A DNA stretch of 64,000 nucleotides from a virus. Of this stretch, positions 8,725 through 17,068 are shown piece after piece. Numbering within the stretch: the stretch's first letter is position 1; each line of letters starts with the position of its first letter. A program made the translations under genes and the position numbers. The notes below the pieces were generated by a model, which saw only the letters and a list, made by a program, of their open reading frames with translations, was not told the origin of the DNA and searched no databases. The stretch lies in IMG/VR virus record IMGVR_UViG_3300045988_073070, one strand, 5' to 3'.

Positions 8725-10608
8725 ATGGCAGGTAGCAAAAATTTAGGACAAGTGGCGGGTATCTACGTTGGTACCACGCCACCTGAAAATATCAAAATGA
8801 TATGGTGGGATAGCACTTCCAGCCAACAGTGTCATAAAGTCTATGACTACAATCTAAAACAATGGGTAATACTTAATCAAGGTATTCTTTCAACCATTAC
8901 TTATACGGAGCTGCGAAATATAGCTTTGACGGTTGGGTTATCTCTTGGTAAGTTCTATGTTGTTACGGATAAAGGAAATGTGCTTGCTCTATCCATTACC
9001 AGAACGAAAGTACAATATGTGGATATTTCTGGAAACCTTTTGGTTGACGATTTGGGTTCAAATATCCAATATTATGTATCTTCAAACAATCTTACCATAG
9101 ATGGTGAGACGGGAGTGTTCAACCAAGAAAGCACGAAGCTGAATTTCAATTTCGTTGAAGCCGTTCCGAACGTAGATACAGCGTACATCTACGGTAAAGA
9201 TAGAACTTCATCAAGTTCTTCGGTCATGCGTTTGATTAAGTTCAAGTTGAGTTCCCTTATTTCAACAGTAACGGGAAATGCTTTGACTTGGAACTCTGGA
9301 TTGTATTTCAATTTCAATCAAACTCTTTTGGACTTGGGAGACAAGAAGGGCGGTGTTGTTCTTTTCGACACTTATACAAAGGAACAAGAAGTACAAGACC
9401 AATCTATTGAGAACATAGCGAACAATTACAATGCTCTTGTTTCGCAAGTGAATGCTCTTGTAACGTCAGCGACTTCGGACGTTAATATAATGAACAAAAA
9501 GATAACGGCATTACAGACGGGTGGAGAGCCTATTGATGCCGCAGCAGGTGATACTCTGTACACCGTCTTATCGAAGTTTCAGAGATACATAAACAAGTTC
9601 AAATACGCCACTGGAATCAGCATTAGCAAGAACTTCAAGGAAGCTACCGACCCAGAGTACATAAATAATAATGACACTGTGGAATCGGCATTCTCAAAGG
9701 TTCAATATTGGTTGAAGAATATTTATAGCACTTTGTCGCTATCGAAGGACTTCAAACCAGCAACTGACCCGTCATATGGTACTCCGATTCCTGAATGTGC
9801 TCCGCTTGACCCAATTGAAACTGCTATATCAAAACTTCAAGGAGTTCTGAATGATATTGGGACGATTACGGATGGCAATATAAAATCCAAACAACAAGCT
9901 GTCAATTCAAGTGGTCAAAATCGGGGAAACCGAATGGAGATAAATTTGAATCAAGGCTCTATTGCTATAAAAGCAGACCAATATGGCGGTGGAAGTACGG
10001 CTGCTGATGTTACCATAGACACTTCTGGATTTAGTGCTTACAGTCAAGCAGCTGGGAAATCTGCTCAATTAAATATGAGCGGATTATATACCAACGGTGG
10101 CGGTCAAACAAACGGTTATCCGTACAACGGACACGCTTCAGCTAATATATTTATGACAGGAAATTACGGTTCAGAATATCCTACATTGGGAGATTGGATT
10201 GCTGGATTGTATGCTTGGTCAAATAATAATTCTACATCAGCATATCCTTATGCAGATTACGGAGCTTATATTGAAAAGTTATGTGCAGCAGGACTGATTC
10301 TTGCTTGTCGTAGGTTAAGTGATTCTGATTCTGGATTGACTCTTGGTAATTTTAATTGCTATATTTCTTGTTATAACCAAAATGAGAATATAACAATTAA
10401 TCTTCCACCGAAACCGCAAACAGGACAGTGTTTATGGATTAGACAGGTTAATCCGAACGGTTGTGTAATAAATGGTAATGGAAAAAACATTGTAAGAAAT
10501 GCAAATGAATCGGGCGGTGCATCAAGTGTTACAGTATCGGAAAGAGGTGCTTTGTATTTCCTTTGTTTTGATGGGCAATTTTGGATGATGAATAAGCAAA
10601 ATAATTAA
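8725..10608 (+). CDS. Fibre-like virion protein (possible neck or head fibre)
   Basis: The N-terminus GQVAGIYVGTTPPENIKMIWWDSTS...HKVYDYNLKQWVIL resembles the conserved N-terminal motif of phage fibre proteins. The C-terminal Gly/Asn-rich region looks beta-rich. Lies directly after the portal gene. Confidence 0.4.
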   Translation: MAGSKNLGQVAGIYVGTTPPENIKMIWWDSTSSQQCHKVYDYNLKQWVILNQGILSTITYTELRNIALTVGLSLGKFYVVTDKGNVLALSITRTKVQYVDISGNLLVDDLGSNIQYYVSSNNLTIDGETGVFNQESTKLNFNFVEAVPNVDTAYIYGKDRTSSSSSVMRLIKFKLSSLISTVTGNALTWNSGLYFNFNQTLLDLGDKKGGVVLFDTYTKEQEVQDQSIENIANNYNALVSQVNALVTSATSDVNIMNKKITALQTGGEPIDAAAGDTLYTVLSKFQRYINKFKYATGISISKNFKEATDPEYINNNDTVESAFSKVQYWLKNIYSTLSLSKDFKPATDPSYGTPIPECAPLDPIETAISKLQGVLNDIGTITDGNIKSKQQAVNSSGQNRGNRMEINLNQGSIAIKADQYGGGSTAADVTIDTSGFSAYSQAAGKSAQLNMSGLYTNGGGQTNGYPYNGHASANIFMTGNYGSEYPTLGDWIAGLYAWSNNNSTSAYPYADYGAYIEKLCAAGLILACRRLSDSDSGLTLGNFNCYISCYNQNENITINLPPKPQTGQCLWIRQVNPNGCVINGNGKNIVRNANESGGASSVTVSERGALYFLCFDGQFWMMNKQNN

Positions 10609-10612
10609 TATT

Positions 10613-11176
10613 ATGGAACAGAAAGTAAAAATTTTGAGCAAGTATTCGATTGATGCAATTGATTACGATTTTGAGAAAAAGAAAGCCGAAGCGAGAATGA
10701 AAGACCGCATTGAGGCTTTGGGCGTTGACCTTGCCGAAGTTAAGAAGATAAATGCCAAGAAAAAGAAAACCGAAGAAGATGAATTGATTCTTGCTTCGGT
10801 TGTGGAAATTGAGAAGGAATATTCAACCCGCATGGATGAAATAAGCCAATACAAAGAGTTGATTGTTCCACCCGTTCCCGAAACTACTGACCTTGACCAA
10901 GCTGTTCCGTATTACGAAGAAAAGGACGGCAAAGTTGAGATGCTTTGGGAAGTTACTTTGAATGAACCTACCAGAGTTGTGGAAAAAATAGATTCTTTGA
11001 AGAAGTCTCTTTCAGATGGTGATTATAAAATCACAAAGTGCTATGAGGCAAGTCTCTTGAAAAAAGAACTGCCTTATGATTTGGAAACTCTTTCGGAAGA
11101 AAGGAACAAAATGCGTGAAGAAATTAACCGTTTGGAAGCATTACTGCCGAGTGATGTGAAGACTGTCAAACTTTAA
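10613..11176 (+). CDS. Hypothetical coiled-coil protein
   Basis: ORF of 187 aa, rich in K and E. Confidence 0.5.
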   Translation: MEQKVKILSKYSIDAIDYDFEKKKAEARMKDRIEALGVDLAEVKKINAKKKKTEEDELILASVVEIEKEYSTRMDEISQYKELIVPPVPETTDLDQAVPYYEEKDGKVEMLWEVTLNEPTRVVEKIDSLKKSLSDGDYKITKCYEASLLKKELPYDLETLSEERNKMREEINRLEALLPSDVKTVKL

Positions 11177-11188
11177 TAAGACAATCTC

Positions 11189-11749
11189 ATGTGCAAGATA
11201 GTTTATTTAACGTCCAGACGTTTCGATGAGCCTTCAAACAAATTCAAGAAGGCTCTTGCGGACGAATTAAGAAAGCGAAATGTTGAAGTTGTGGTAGATA
11301 GTTCGTATGACTTCTTTAATTACTTTCGCAAGCATAAAACGTATGGAATAGCACTTGCGTTCGACTTTTACCGAGACGGGAAAGAAGGATGCGGACTGAC
11401 GTTGAATAAAAATTGTTCTGCCATTGGGAGAGACTTTGCCTACAATCTGTCGAATGAATATGATATAACAACTCCGAGAATACATTGGCGAGATTTTAAG
11501 TATGTCAATTCAGACGACAGAGAGTGGTACAAGTTTTTCAATAAAGTCAGCTCAACAACAAAGGCAATATTTTATCTATGCACTTATACCAATGAAAGCG
11601 ATTGGAACGCTTTTTCCGTGGCATTTGAAAATATCATAAAATTATTTGCTGATGAGATAGTTCGTTGTTTACGCTCTGAATATGATACAGAGGACTATCG
11701 CAAGAGGGTGAAAAGAGCAAAATTACGAACCAATAAAGTAAATAAATAA
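11189..11749 (+). CDS. Hypothetical protein
   Basis: ORF of 186 aa. Loose resemblance to the Amidase_3 fold, but the metal ligands are missing (see rejected list). Confidence 0.45.
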   Translation: MCKIVYLTSRRFDEPSNKFKKALADELRKRNVEVVVDSSYDFFNYFRKHKTYGIALAFDFYRDGKEGCGLTLNKNCSAIGRDFAYNLSNEYDITTPRIHWRDFKYVNSDDREWYKFFNKVSSTTKAIFYLCTYTNESDWNAFSVAFENIIKLFADEIVRCLRSEYDTEDYRKRVKRAKLRTNKVNK

Positions 11750-11753
11750 CGCC

Positions 11754-12218
11754 ATGGAGTGGTCATCAATAATTTCGCTAATATTCGGTGCGGGCGGTAT
11801 CGGGTATGCTATAATAGCGAGAATCTTGGACAGGCGAAAGTATGAGCAAGAAGTTCGCAATGCACAAGCAGAAGCTGACTTGAAAGGAGACGATTTTTGG
11901 AAGAAGCGTTATGATGTTCTCCAATGCGAGGTTCAAAGCAAGGATGTCTGGTGGAAGGAACGTTATGATACATTATACAAAGAATTTCAACAAGAGAGGC
12001 AATTGAATAATGAAATAGTTAAATCCTTCCGTACAGAGTTAAATGAAATGAGAAGCGATTACGAGAAGCAACGAGAGCTTGACAAACAAAAATATGAAAA
12101 GCTATTGGAGCAATATCGTAAATTCGAGGAAGAAAGTCAACAACAGGAAAACGAATATAAACAACGTATTTCTCAGCTTGAGAATTTGGTTGCGAAGTAT
12201 GAAAAAAGATTGATGTAA
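11754..12218 (+). CDS. Membrane-anchored coiled-coil protein
   Basis: N-terminal TM segment SSIISLIFGAGGIGYAIIARIL, then about 120 aa of heptad-like charged sequence. Confidence 0.5.
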   Translation: MEWSSIISLIFGAGGIGYAIIARILDRRKYEQEVRNAQAEADLKGDDFWKKRYDVLQCEVQSKDVWWKERYDTLYKEFQQERQLNNEIVKSFRTELNEMRSDYEKQRELDKQKYEKLLEQYRKFEEESQQQENEYKQRISQLENLVAKYEKRLM

Positions 12219-12793
12219 TGAACAAGAGTATAACCATATCAGTAGGCGGTATCATAGCAATAGCCATTGCTGTATTTATCGGTTATCTTTGGGGGCAATC
12301 AAACGTGACCATTCCAGAGGCAGAGATAAAAGAAGTTGTAAAATGGGAGAAAGAGCCGTATGCGGTTCATGATACTATTTATGAGCCAAAACCATATCGG
12401 GTTGAAGTTCCCGTTGACCGACCTGTTTTTATTCCGACCGATACTGCAGCACTGTTTGCGGTTTGGTGTGATTATTACTTGAAAAGAGATTACAAATTGG
12501 ACTTCTCTAATGATACGCTGGGAACGTTCATAGTAAATGCGTCTATCCAAGAAAATAAGCTGCTTTCTGCCACTTCTACGGTTCAACCTGTAAGGAAGAT
12601 TGTAGAAAGGGAGAAAACTGTTTATAAAGTGCCCGCAATGCAACCTTGGGTTATGATAGGAACGTCACCAACGTTGAATACTCAAAAGATTCAATTTGGT
12701 TTGGATATAAAGAACAAGTACATCTTCGGAGCTTCGGGAATACGTTTGGATGATAAATATGGTTATACATTAGATTTTGGAATTAAGTTTTAA
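12218..12793 (+). CDS. Membrane-anchored protein
   Basis: N-terminal TM segment ITISVGGIIAIAIAVFIGYLWG. Its start codon overlaps the previous stop (ATGTAATG context). Confidence 0.5.
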   Translation: MNKSITISVGGIIAIAIAVFIGYLWGQSNVTIPEAEIKEVVKWEKEPYAVHDTIYEPKPYRVEVPVDRPVFIPTDTAALFAVWCDYYLKRDYKLDFSNDTLGTFIVNASIQENKLLSATSTVQPVRKIVEREKTVYKVPAMQPWVMIGTSPTLNTQKIQFGLDIKNKYIFGASGIRLDDKYGYTLDFGIKF

Positions 12794-12807
12794 CAAATAG
12801 AGCGATT

Positions 12808-12999
12808 ATGAACAACAAGAAGGAAGTTGTAAAGAATAATCATTTCATTCCTTCTCCGTTTCCAGCTGTTACCGCTTATGAGAATGAATTTGTAAAAGTG
12901 TGGAACAATAATACGGCTGAGGCAGTTGCAGAGGTTTTGAAATATATGGCCAAAGCTACTGCCTTCGCTATTAAAGAAACGAAGGAGACAAAGAAATGA
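12808..12999 (+). CDS. Hypothetical small protein
   Basis: ORF of 63 aa. Its stop overlaps the next start (ATGA). Confidence 0.4.
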   Translation: MNNKKEVVKNNHFIPSPFPAVTAYENEFVKVWNNNTAEAVAEVLKYMAKATAFAIKETKETKK

Positions 13000-13928
13000 T
13001 ATTCAATCAGGCACAGATTCAAGATATGCTATCAATACTCAAAAGGTATGAGTTGTTGTTTATAGCAGGACAGTTGGGATTGGATTTTCTCTCTCAATCG
13101 GATAAGGATATTTTGATTGCCGCAGGGGTGGACTTGGATAAGTTCAAAAACCAAAAAGGAATAATTGAACATGCCTTTCTTTTCGGAATCCTTGCTGAAG
13201 CTATCGGAGACAAGAGAGCTCAAAATATGACTTATGCTCAATTCAAGAAGTTTCTTGCTTCGGGAAATTTCATACCATTGACCGAAGAAGAAGAATTTGC
13301 CTTGCAAACTTTGAAGAATCGGGCATACACCGATATTACGAGTTTGGGAAGTAGAATGAGAACGGGGTTGAGCAATAACATTCTACGAAACAATCAACAG
13401 CAATCGGTTTTAGTACAACGGATGATTAAGCAAAAGGCAATTAAAGCAGCCGAGCTACGAGTTGGAGCGAGAGGACTTGCGGCAGACCTTGCTGAAACGT
13501 CAAAGGATTGGGAAGTTGATTGGTTGAGAATTGCGTACTATCTTACTCACGAAGCGTTCAATTCAGGACGTGCTCAAAGTATATTAAAGAATTACGGAGC
13601 TGATGCTGAGGTTTACTTCGATGTGTACGAGGGTGCTTGTAAGCATTGTCGTGAACTTCTTTTAACCGACCCAGAGGACGTAAACAGTGAGCCGATTGTG
13701 TTTAAGCTCAAGGACATTATAGCAAACGGCAATAATATTGGTAGAAAGGTTGCTGAATGGAAAGCTACCATATCACCTATACACCCATATTGTCGTTGTA
13801 CTATTAATCACAAAAAGAAGGGTTTTGCTTGGAATCCTGACCTGCGTGCTTTCACAACTCCGATAAAGAAAGTATCTAAAAATCCAAAGTTAAAGAATGT
13901 AAAGTTAAACATAAAAGTTTCAAAGTAG
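12996..13928 (+). CDS. Head morphogenesis protein (Mu F / SPP1 gp7-like)
   Basis: C-terminal ISPIHPYCRCT matches the P-x-H-P-x-C-R-C signature of the Phage_Mu_F family. Located in the head module. Confidence 0.6.
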   Translation: MIFNQAQIQDMLSILKRYELLFIAGQLGLDFLSQSDKDILIAAGVDLDKFKNQKGIIEHAFLFGILAEAIGDKRAQNMTYAQFKKFLASGNFIPLTEEEEFALQTLKNRAYTDITSLGSRMRTGLSNNILRNNQQQSVLVQRMIKQKAIKAAELRVGARGLAADLAETSKDWEVDWLRIAYYLTHEAFNSGRAQSILKNYGADAEVYFDVYEGACKHCRELLLTDPEDVNSEPIVFKLKDIIANGNNIGRKVAEWKATISPIHPYCRCTINHKKKGFAWNPDLRAFTTPIKKVSKNPKLKNVKLNIKVSK

Positions 13929-13932
13929 TATT

Positions 13933-14889
13933 ATGGCTAAAAAGAAAATTGTACAACAGCCACCGTTCACGGTTTTAATAGAGCCGACCGAAGGCTGTAA
14001 TTTGGGGTGTTCATTTTGTGGGTTAAGAGGTATGCGTGAAAAAGGAACGAAGCCTTGGAATCATATGAGCACTAAAACTGCAAAGCGTATTGCGACCGAA
14101 ATAGCGAAAGCTGGTTGGAATAGCAAAATTGTATTCGCTCAACATGGAGAGCCAACGTTGAATCCGAAAATCTTTGAGATTGTGAAGATATTCCGAGAAG
14201 CGTTGCCAAATAGTATTTTCCATATGTACACAAATGGTTATGCGGCAAACCGAGCCGAAGACACCGAAGCGTATGTGAGCGAGTTGTTTGCGTCTGGAAT
14301 TAACAATCTTATCGTGGATTGCTATACAGACGAAGGAGATTGGAACTTCATCAATAAGTTAGAGAAGGAAAGTTGGAATATTGAATTTTACACAAAGGGA
14401 GTTCCGTTGTACACTAACAATCGCAAACCAAGAATCCTTTTACTTCCACCGATTAAGACCGACCATAAAATAACAAGAAAACTTGCTAACCATTGCGGAG
14501 CTGCCGCACCTTTGGATAAGTCTTATAACAATAAGCGTTGCGCCATGCCGTTCCGTGAGTTAGCTTTCCGATACGATGGCAACGTTTCTTTATGTTGCGA
14601 TGACTTTCGTGGGGAATATCCGATTGCTAATATCAATGATATGGGAATCGTTGAACTTTGGAATCACGAACGTTTTCAAGCAGCAAGGATTATGTTGTAT
14701 AATTACAGCCGTCATTTCAGACCATGCAGCGGTTGTACTAACATTAGTATGCGTGTAGGATTCTTGCCTGATAGTTCGGGTCAAGAGAGCCTTCCAGAAA
14801 TTACTCCAGAAATCAAGAAGTTAGCACAAAGTGTGCACAAAGATGGCTTCTTGTCTCCTATAATCATAAAAAGGAAATGGGAAAAATAA
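13933..14889 (+). CDS. Radical SAM enzyme with a SPASM/twitch-like C-terminal Cys cluster
   Basis: CX3CX2C motif in EPTEGCNLGCSFCG. GGEP-type SAM motif QHGEPTLNP. C-terminal cysteines in CAMPFRELAFRYDGNVSLCCDDF and RPCSGCTN. Confidence 0.85.
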   Translation: MAKKKIVQQPPFTVLIEPTEGCNLGCSFCGLRGMREKGTKPWNHMSTKTAKRIATEIAKAGWNSKIVFAQHGEPTLNPKIFEIVKIFREALPNSIFHMYTNGYAANRAEDTEAYVSELFASGINNLIVDCYTDEGDWNFINKLEKESWNIEFYTKGVPLYTNNRKPRILLLPPIKTDHKITRKLANHCGAAAPLDKSYNNKRCAMPFRELAFRYDGNVSLCCDDFRGEYPIANINDMGIVELWNHERFQAARIMLYNYSRHFRPCSGCTNISMRVGFLPDSSGQESLPEITPEIKKLAQSVHKDGFLSPIIIKRKWEK

Positions 14890-15563
14890 AACAAAAATAT
14901 CTCATAATAGCTCCGCATTCCGATGATGCTCTTTTTTGTTGTTCTCACGTTTTGTTCTTCCCTGAATATGAAGTTCAGGTTTTGACCGTAGAGAATGACG
15001 AGAAACGAGTTTCAGAAGATGCGAAGTTATTCGAGTTCTTAAACATTCCCTTTCATCATTTGGAGCTTGATTTTAAGGATGAAAGTTATTACGGATATAA
15101 TAAGGCATACCCGAAGGGAATAACATTGGAGCATGCTTACAAATATCTGAATGAATACTTCGGGCGTGAGACTTTGAGCGAGATAGAAGACACATTGATT
15201 GAATGGGCAAGAAAGTTTTTGAAGAAAAATAAAGGGTATAAGATTCTTGCCCCTTGGGGAGTTGGACACCCTTTTCACTTCTTTGTTCGAGAAACATTAC
15301 AATCGGGATTCTCCGATATGGACTATTATCGGGAATTTCCTCACTCATACAAGAGACGTTCTCAAGCGCAAGTTGAAGAACAAAAGAAAGATTGGTATTT
15401 AGAACGTTCAGTACCAGTGGAAGAGTTTGCTGATATTAAGTGGAAATTAGCATACAAGTTCTATCGTTCTCAATCGGGTTTACTCTTTTACGAACAGGGT
15501 TATATAAAGAAAAACCTGCCTGAAGAAATATGGCGAAGATATGATTCAGACTTACCATTTTAA
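14877..15563 (+). CDS. PIG-L / LmbE family deacetylase
   Basis: N-terminal YLIIAPHSDDALF matches the (A/P)HPDD(E) motif, and a second His motif GVGHPFH is present. The start overlaps the radical SAM gene by 13 nt. Confidence 0.7.
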   Translation: MGKIKQKYLIIAPHSDDALFCCSHVLFFPEYEVQVLTVENDEKRVSEDAKLFEFLNIPFHHLELDFKDESYYGYNKAYPKGITLEHAYKYLNEYFGRETLSEIEDTLIEWARKFLKKNKGYKILAPWGVGHPFHFFVRETLQSGFSDMDYYREFPHSYKRRSQAQVEEQKKDWYLERSVPVEEFADIKWKLAYKFYRSQSGLLFYEQGYIKKNLPEEIWRRYDSDLPF

Positions 15564-15568
15564 GGATT

Positions 15569-17008
15569 ATGAGAATACTTATAGCAGATTTTGAGATTGC
15601 TAAATACGGTGGAATCGTAGAGCATGTAACAGCGAAGGTCAAGGCATTAAAAGCTCTTGGCCACGTTGTCGATATAGCTCAATTGTCCGCTGCCGCAACA
15701 ACTCAAAAAACTTATGATAACAAAGTGAAGAAATTTGAGGATGGTACTTTCAGTGAAGGCTTGAAGGTTAATTCTCAAAATGGCGGTTATGAATACGATG
15801 AAGCAACTGGATATTGGAAGAACAATTATTATGGATTCTTTCTTCCACCCAGTAACCGTATCGGAGTATTTGAAAAGAACGCTTTGGAACGATGGCATAA
15901 TCTTGTTGAGAAGTTCGATTTGATTATGTGGAACTTTATGCCTACGAAGTCAAGTGCTTGGGGAAAGGGTGATTTTTCTTTTTGGTGGAAGTTCTATGAC
16001 CTTCCTACCGATAAGATAAAGCAAATATTCATTGCTCACGATGCGTACTTTGATGTACGTGCTTCAAACGTTACTGCCCTACGGGAGAAGATATTGTTTA
16101 TAGAGTGTGCTCATATTGCTGCATATCGTTGTTGCGAGCATCTGGGAATACCAAGAACGTTATTGTTGAATCCGAGATACCTTGAAGAAGGAGCGAGAAT
16201 GCCAATCAAGATGATGCAGAAGCGTGAAATTGACTTCTTTGCCGCTCATATATTCAAGTCTATGAAGCACGTTGACGACCTTATCAGAGCCGTACCGCAT
16301 TTCAATCAAAAATCGGAATACTCCGTACAGATAGCAGGTTCAGGAATAGAACAAGCCTATATGGTAGCTCCTACGAAATGTAAAGAGCCATACAAGATAA
16401 GTAGAAAGCGTGACCCAGATATTGATTCAGAATATCTTGGACAAAAGATTTGGGATGTAGCGGAACAATATGGCATGGAATATCTTGGTCAGATAAGCTC
16501 CGAAGAAGTAAACCGAAAGTTGAGGAACGCTAAATTTGCGATTGACCCAAGTTGGGCTGCTCATTATTCTCAATATTGTCGTACTCATATAAACGGCTTT
16601 ATTATCGAAGCTATGTTGAATGGGTGTTATCCTGTTTTGCGTGATTATAGAGGACTGATGAAGGGCGTGGACGAGGATTTATATGACCCGTTGTTTGAAA
16701 ACATCAACGCAATCATTATTCCATGGAACGCTACACCGAAGGAATTTGCGAAGGCTTTGAAGAAAGCCGAGAGAATGAGCCCAGCCAAATATTTGAAAGA
16801 TACCAGAGAGAATTTTGCTTTGGTTCACGAGTTATTCAACGCAAAGAATAACATGAAAGAAGTCATTCGACTTGTTAAGGGTGGAAAGAAACTTGTAAAC
16901 AAAGAGCTTGAAAAAGGTAAGGATTCACCAACGGTTAAGAAAATTACAAAAGAGATAATGGAAGATTTTTACCATATTGATTTACCGATTGAGTGGGAGA
17001 CTGATTAA
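15569..17008 (+). CDS. GT-B fold glycosyltransferase (GT4-like)
   Basis: N-terminal MRILIADFEIAKYGGIVEHV...LKALGHVV, and C-terminal INGFIIEAMLNGCYPVL, which matches the E-x-F-G...EAM-x-x-G-x-PV motif of Glycos_transf_1. Confidence 0.7.
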   Translation: MRILIADFEIAKYGGIVEHVTAKVKALKALGHVVDIAQLSAAATTQKTYDNKVKKFEDGTFSEGLKVNSQNGGYEYDEATGYWKNNYYGFFLPPSNRIGVFEKNALERWHNLVEKFDLIMWNFMPTKSSAWGKGDFSFWWKFYDLPTDKIKQIFIAHDAYFDVRASNVTALREKILFIECAHIAAYRCCEHLGIPRTLLLNPRYLEEGARMPIKMMQKREIDFFAAHIFKSMKHVDDLIRAVPHFNQKSEYSVQIAGSGIEQAYMVAPTKCKEPYKISRKRDPDIDSEYLGQKIWDVAEQYGMEYLGQISSEEVNRKLRNAKFAIDPSWAAHYSQYCRTHINGFIIEAMLNGCYPVLRDYRGLMKGVDEDLYDPLFENINAIIIPWNATPKEFAKALKKAERMSPAKYLKDTRENFALVHELFNAKNNMKEVIRLVKGGKKLVNKELEKGKDSPTVKKITKEIMEDFYHIDLPIEWETD

Positions 17009-17068
17009 GCCCAGTTATTATCTAACCATATGTAACGATAAATCATAAATGTTTAATAATCGTAAAAT

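Noticed and set aside
11189-11749. N-acetylmuramoyl-L-alanine amidase (Amidase_3-like) call for the 186-aa ORF
   Set aside because: The overall motif order is vaguely similar, but the expected His/Glu zinc ligands are replaced (AFDF, YLCTY). The evidence is too weak for a functional call.
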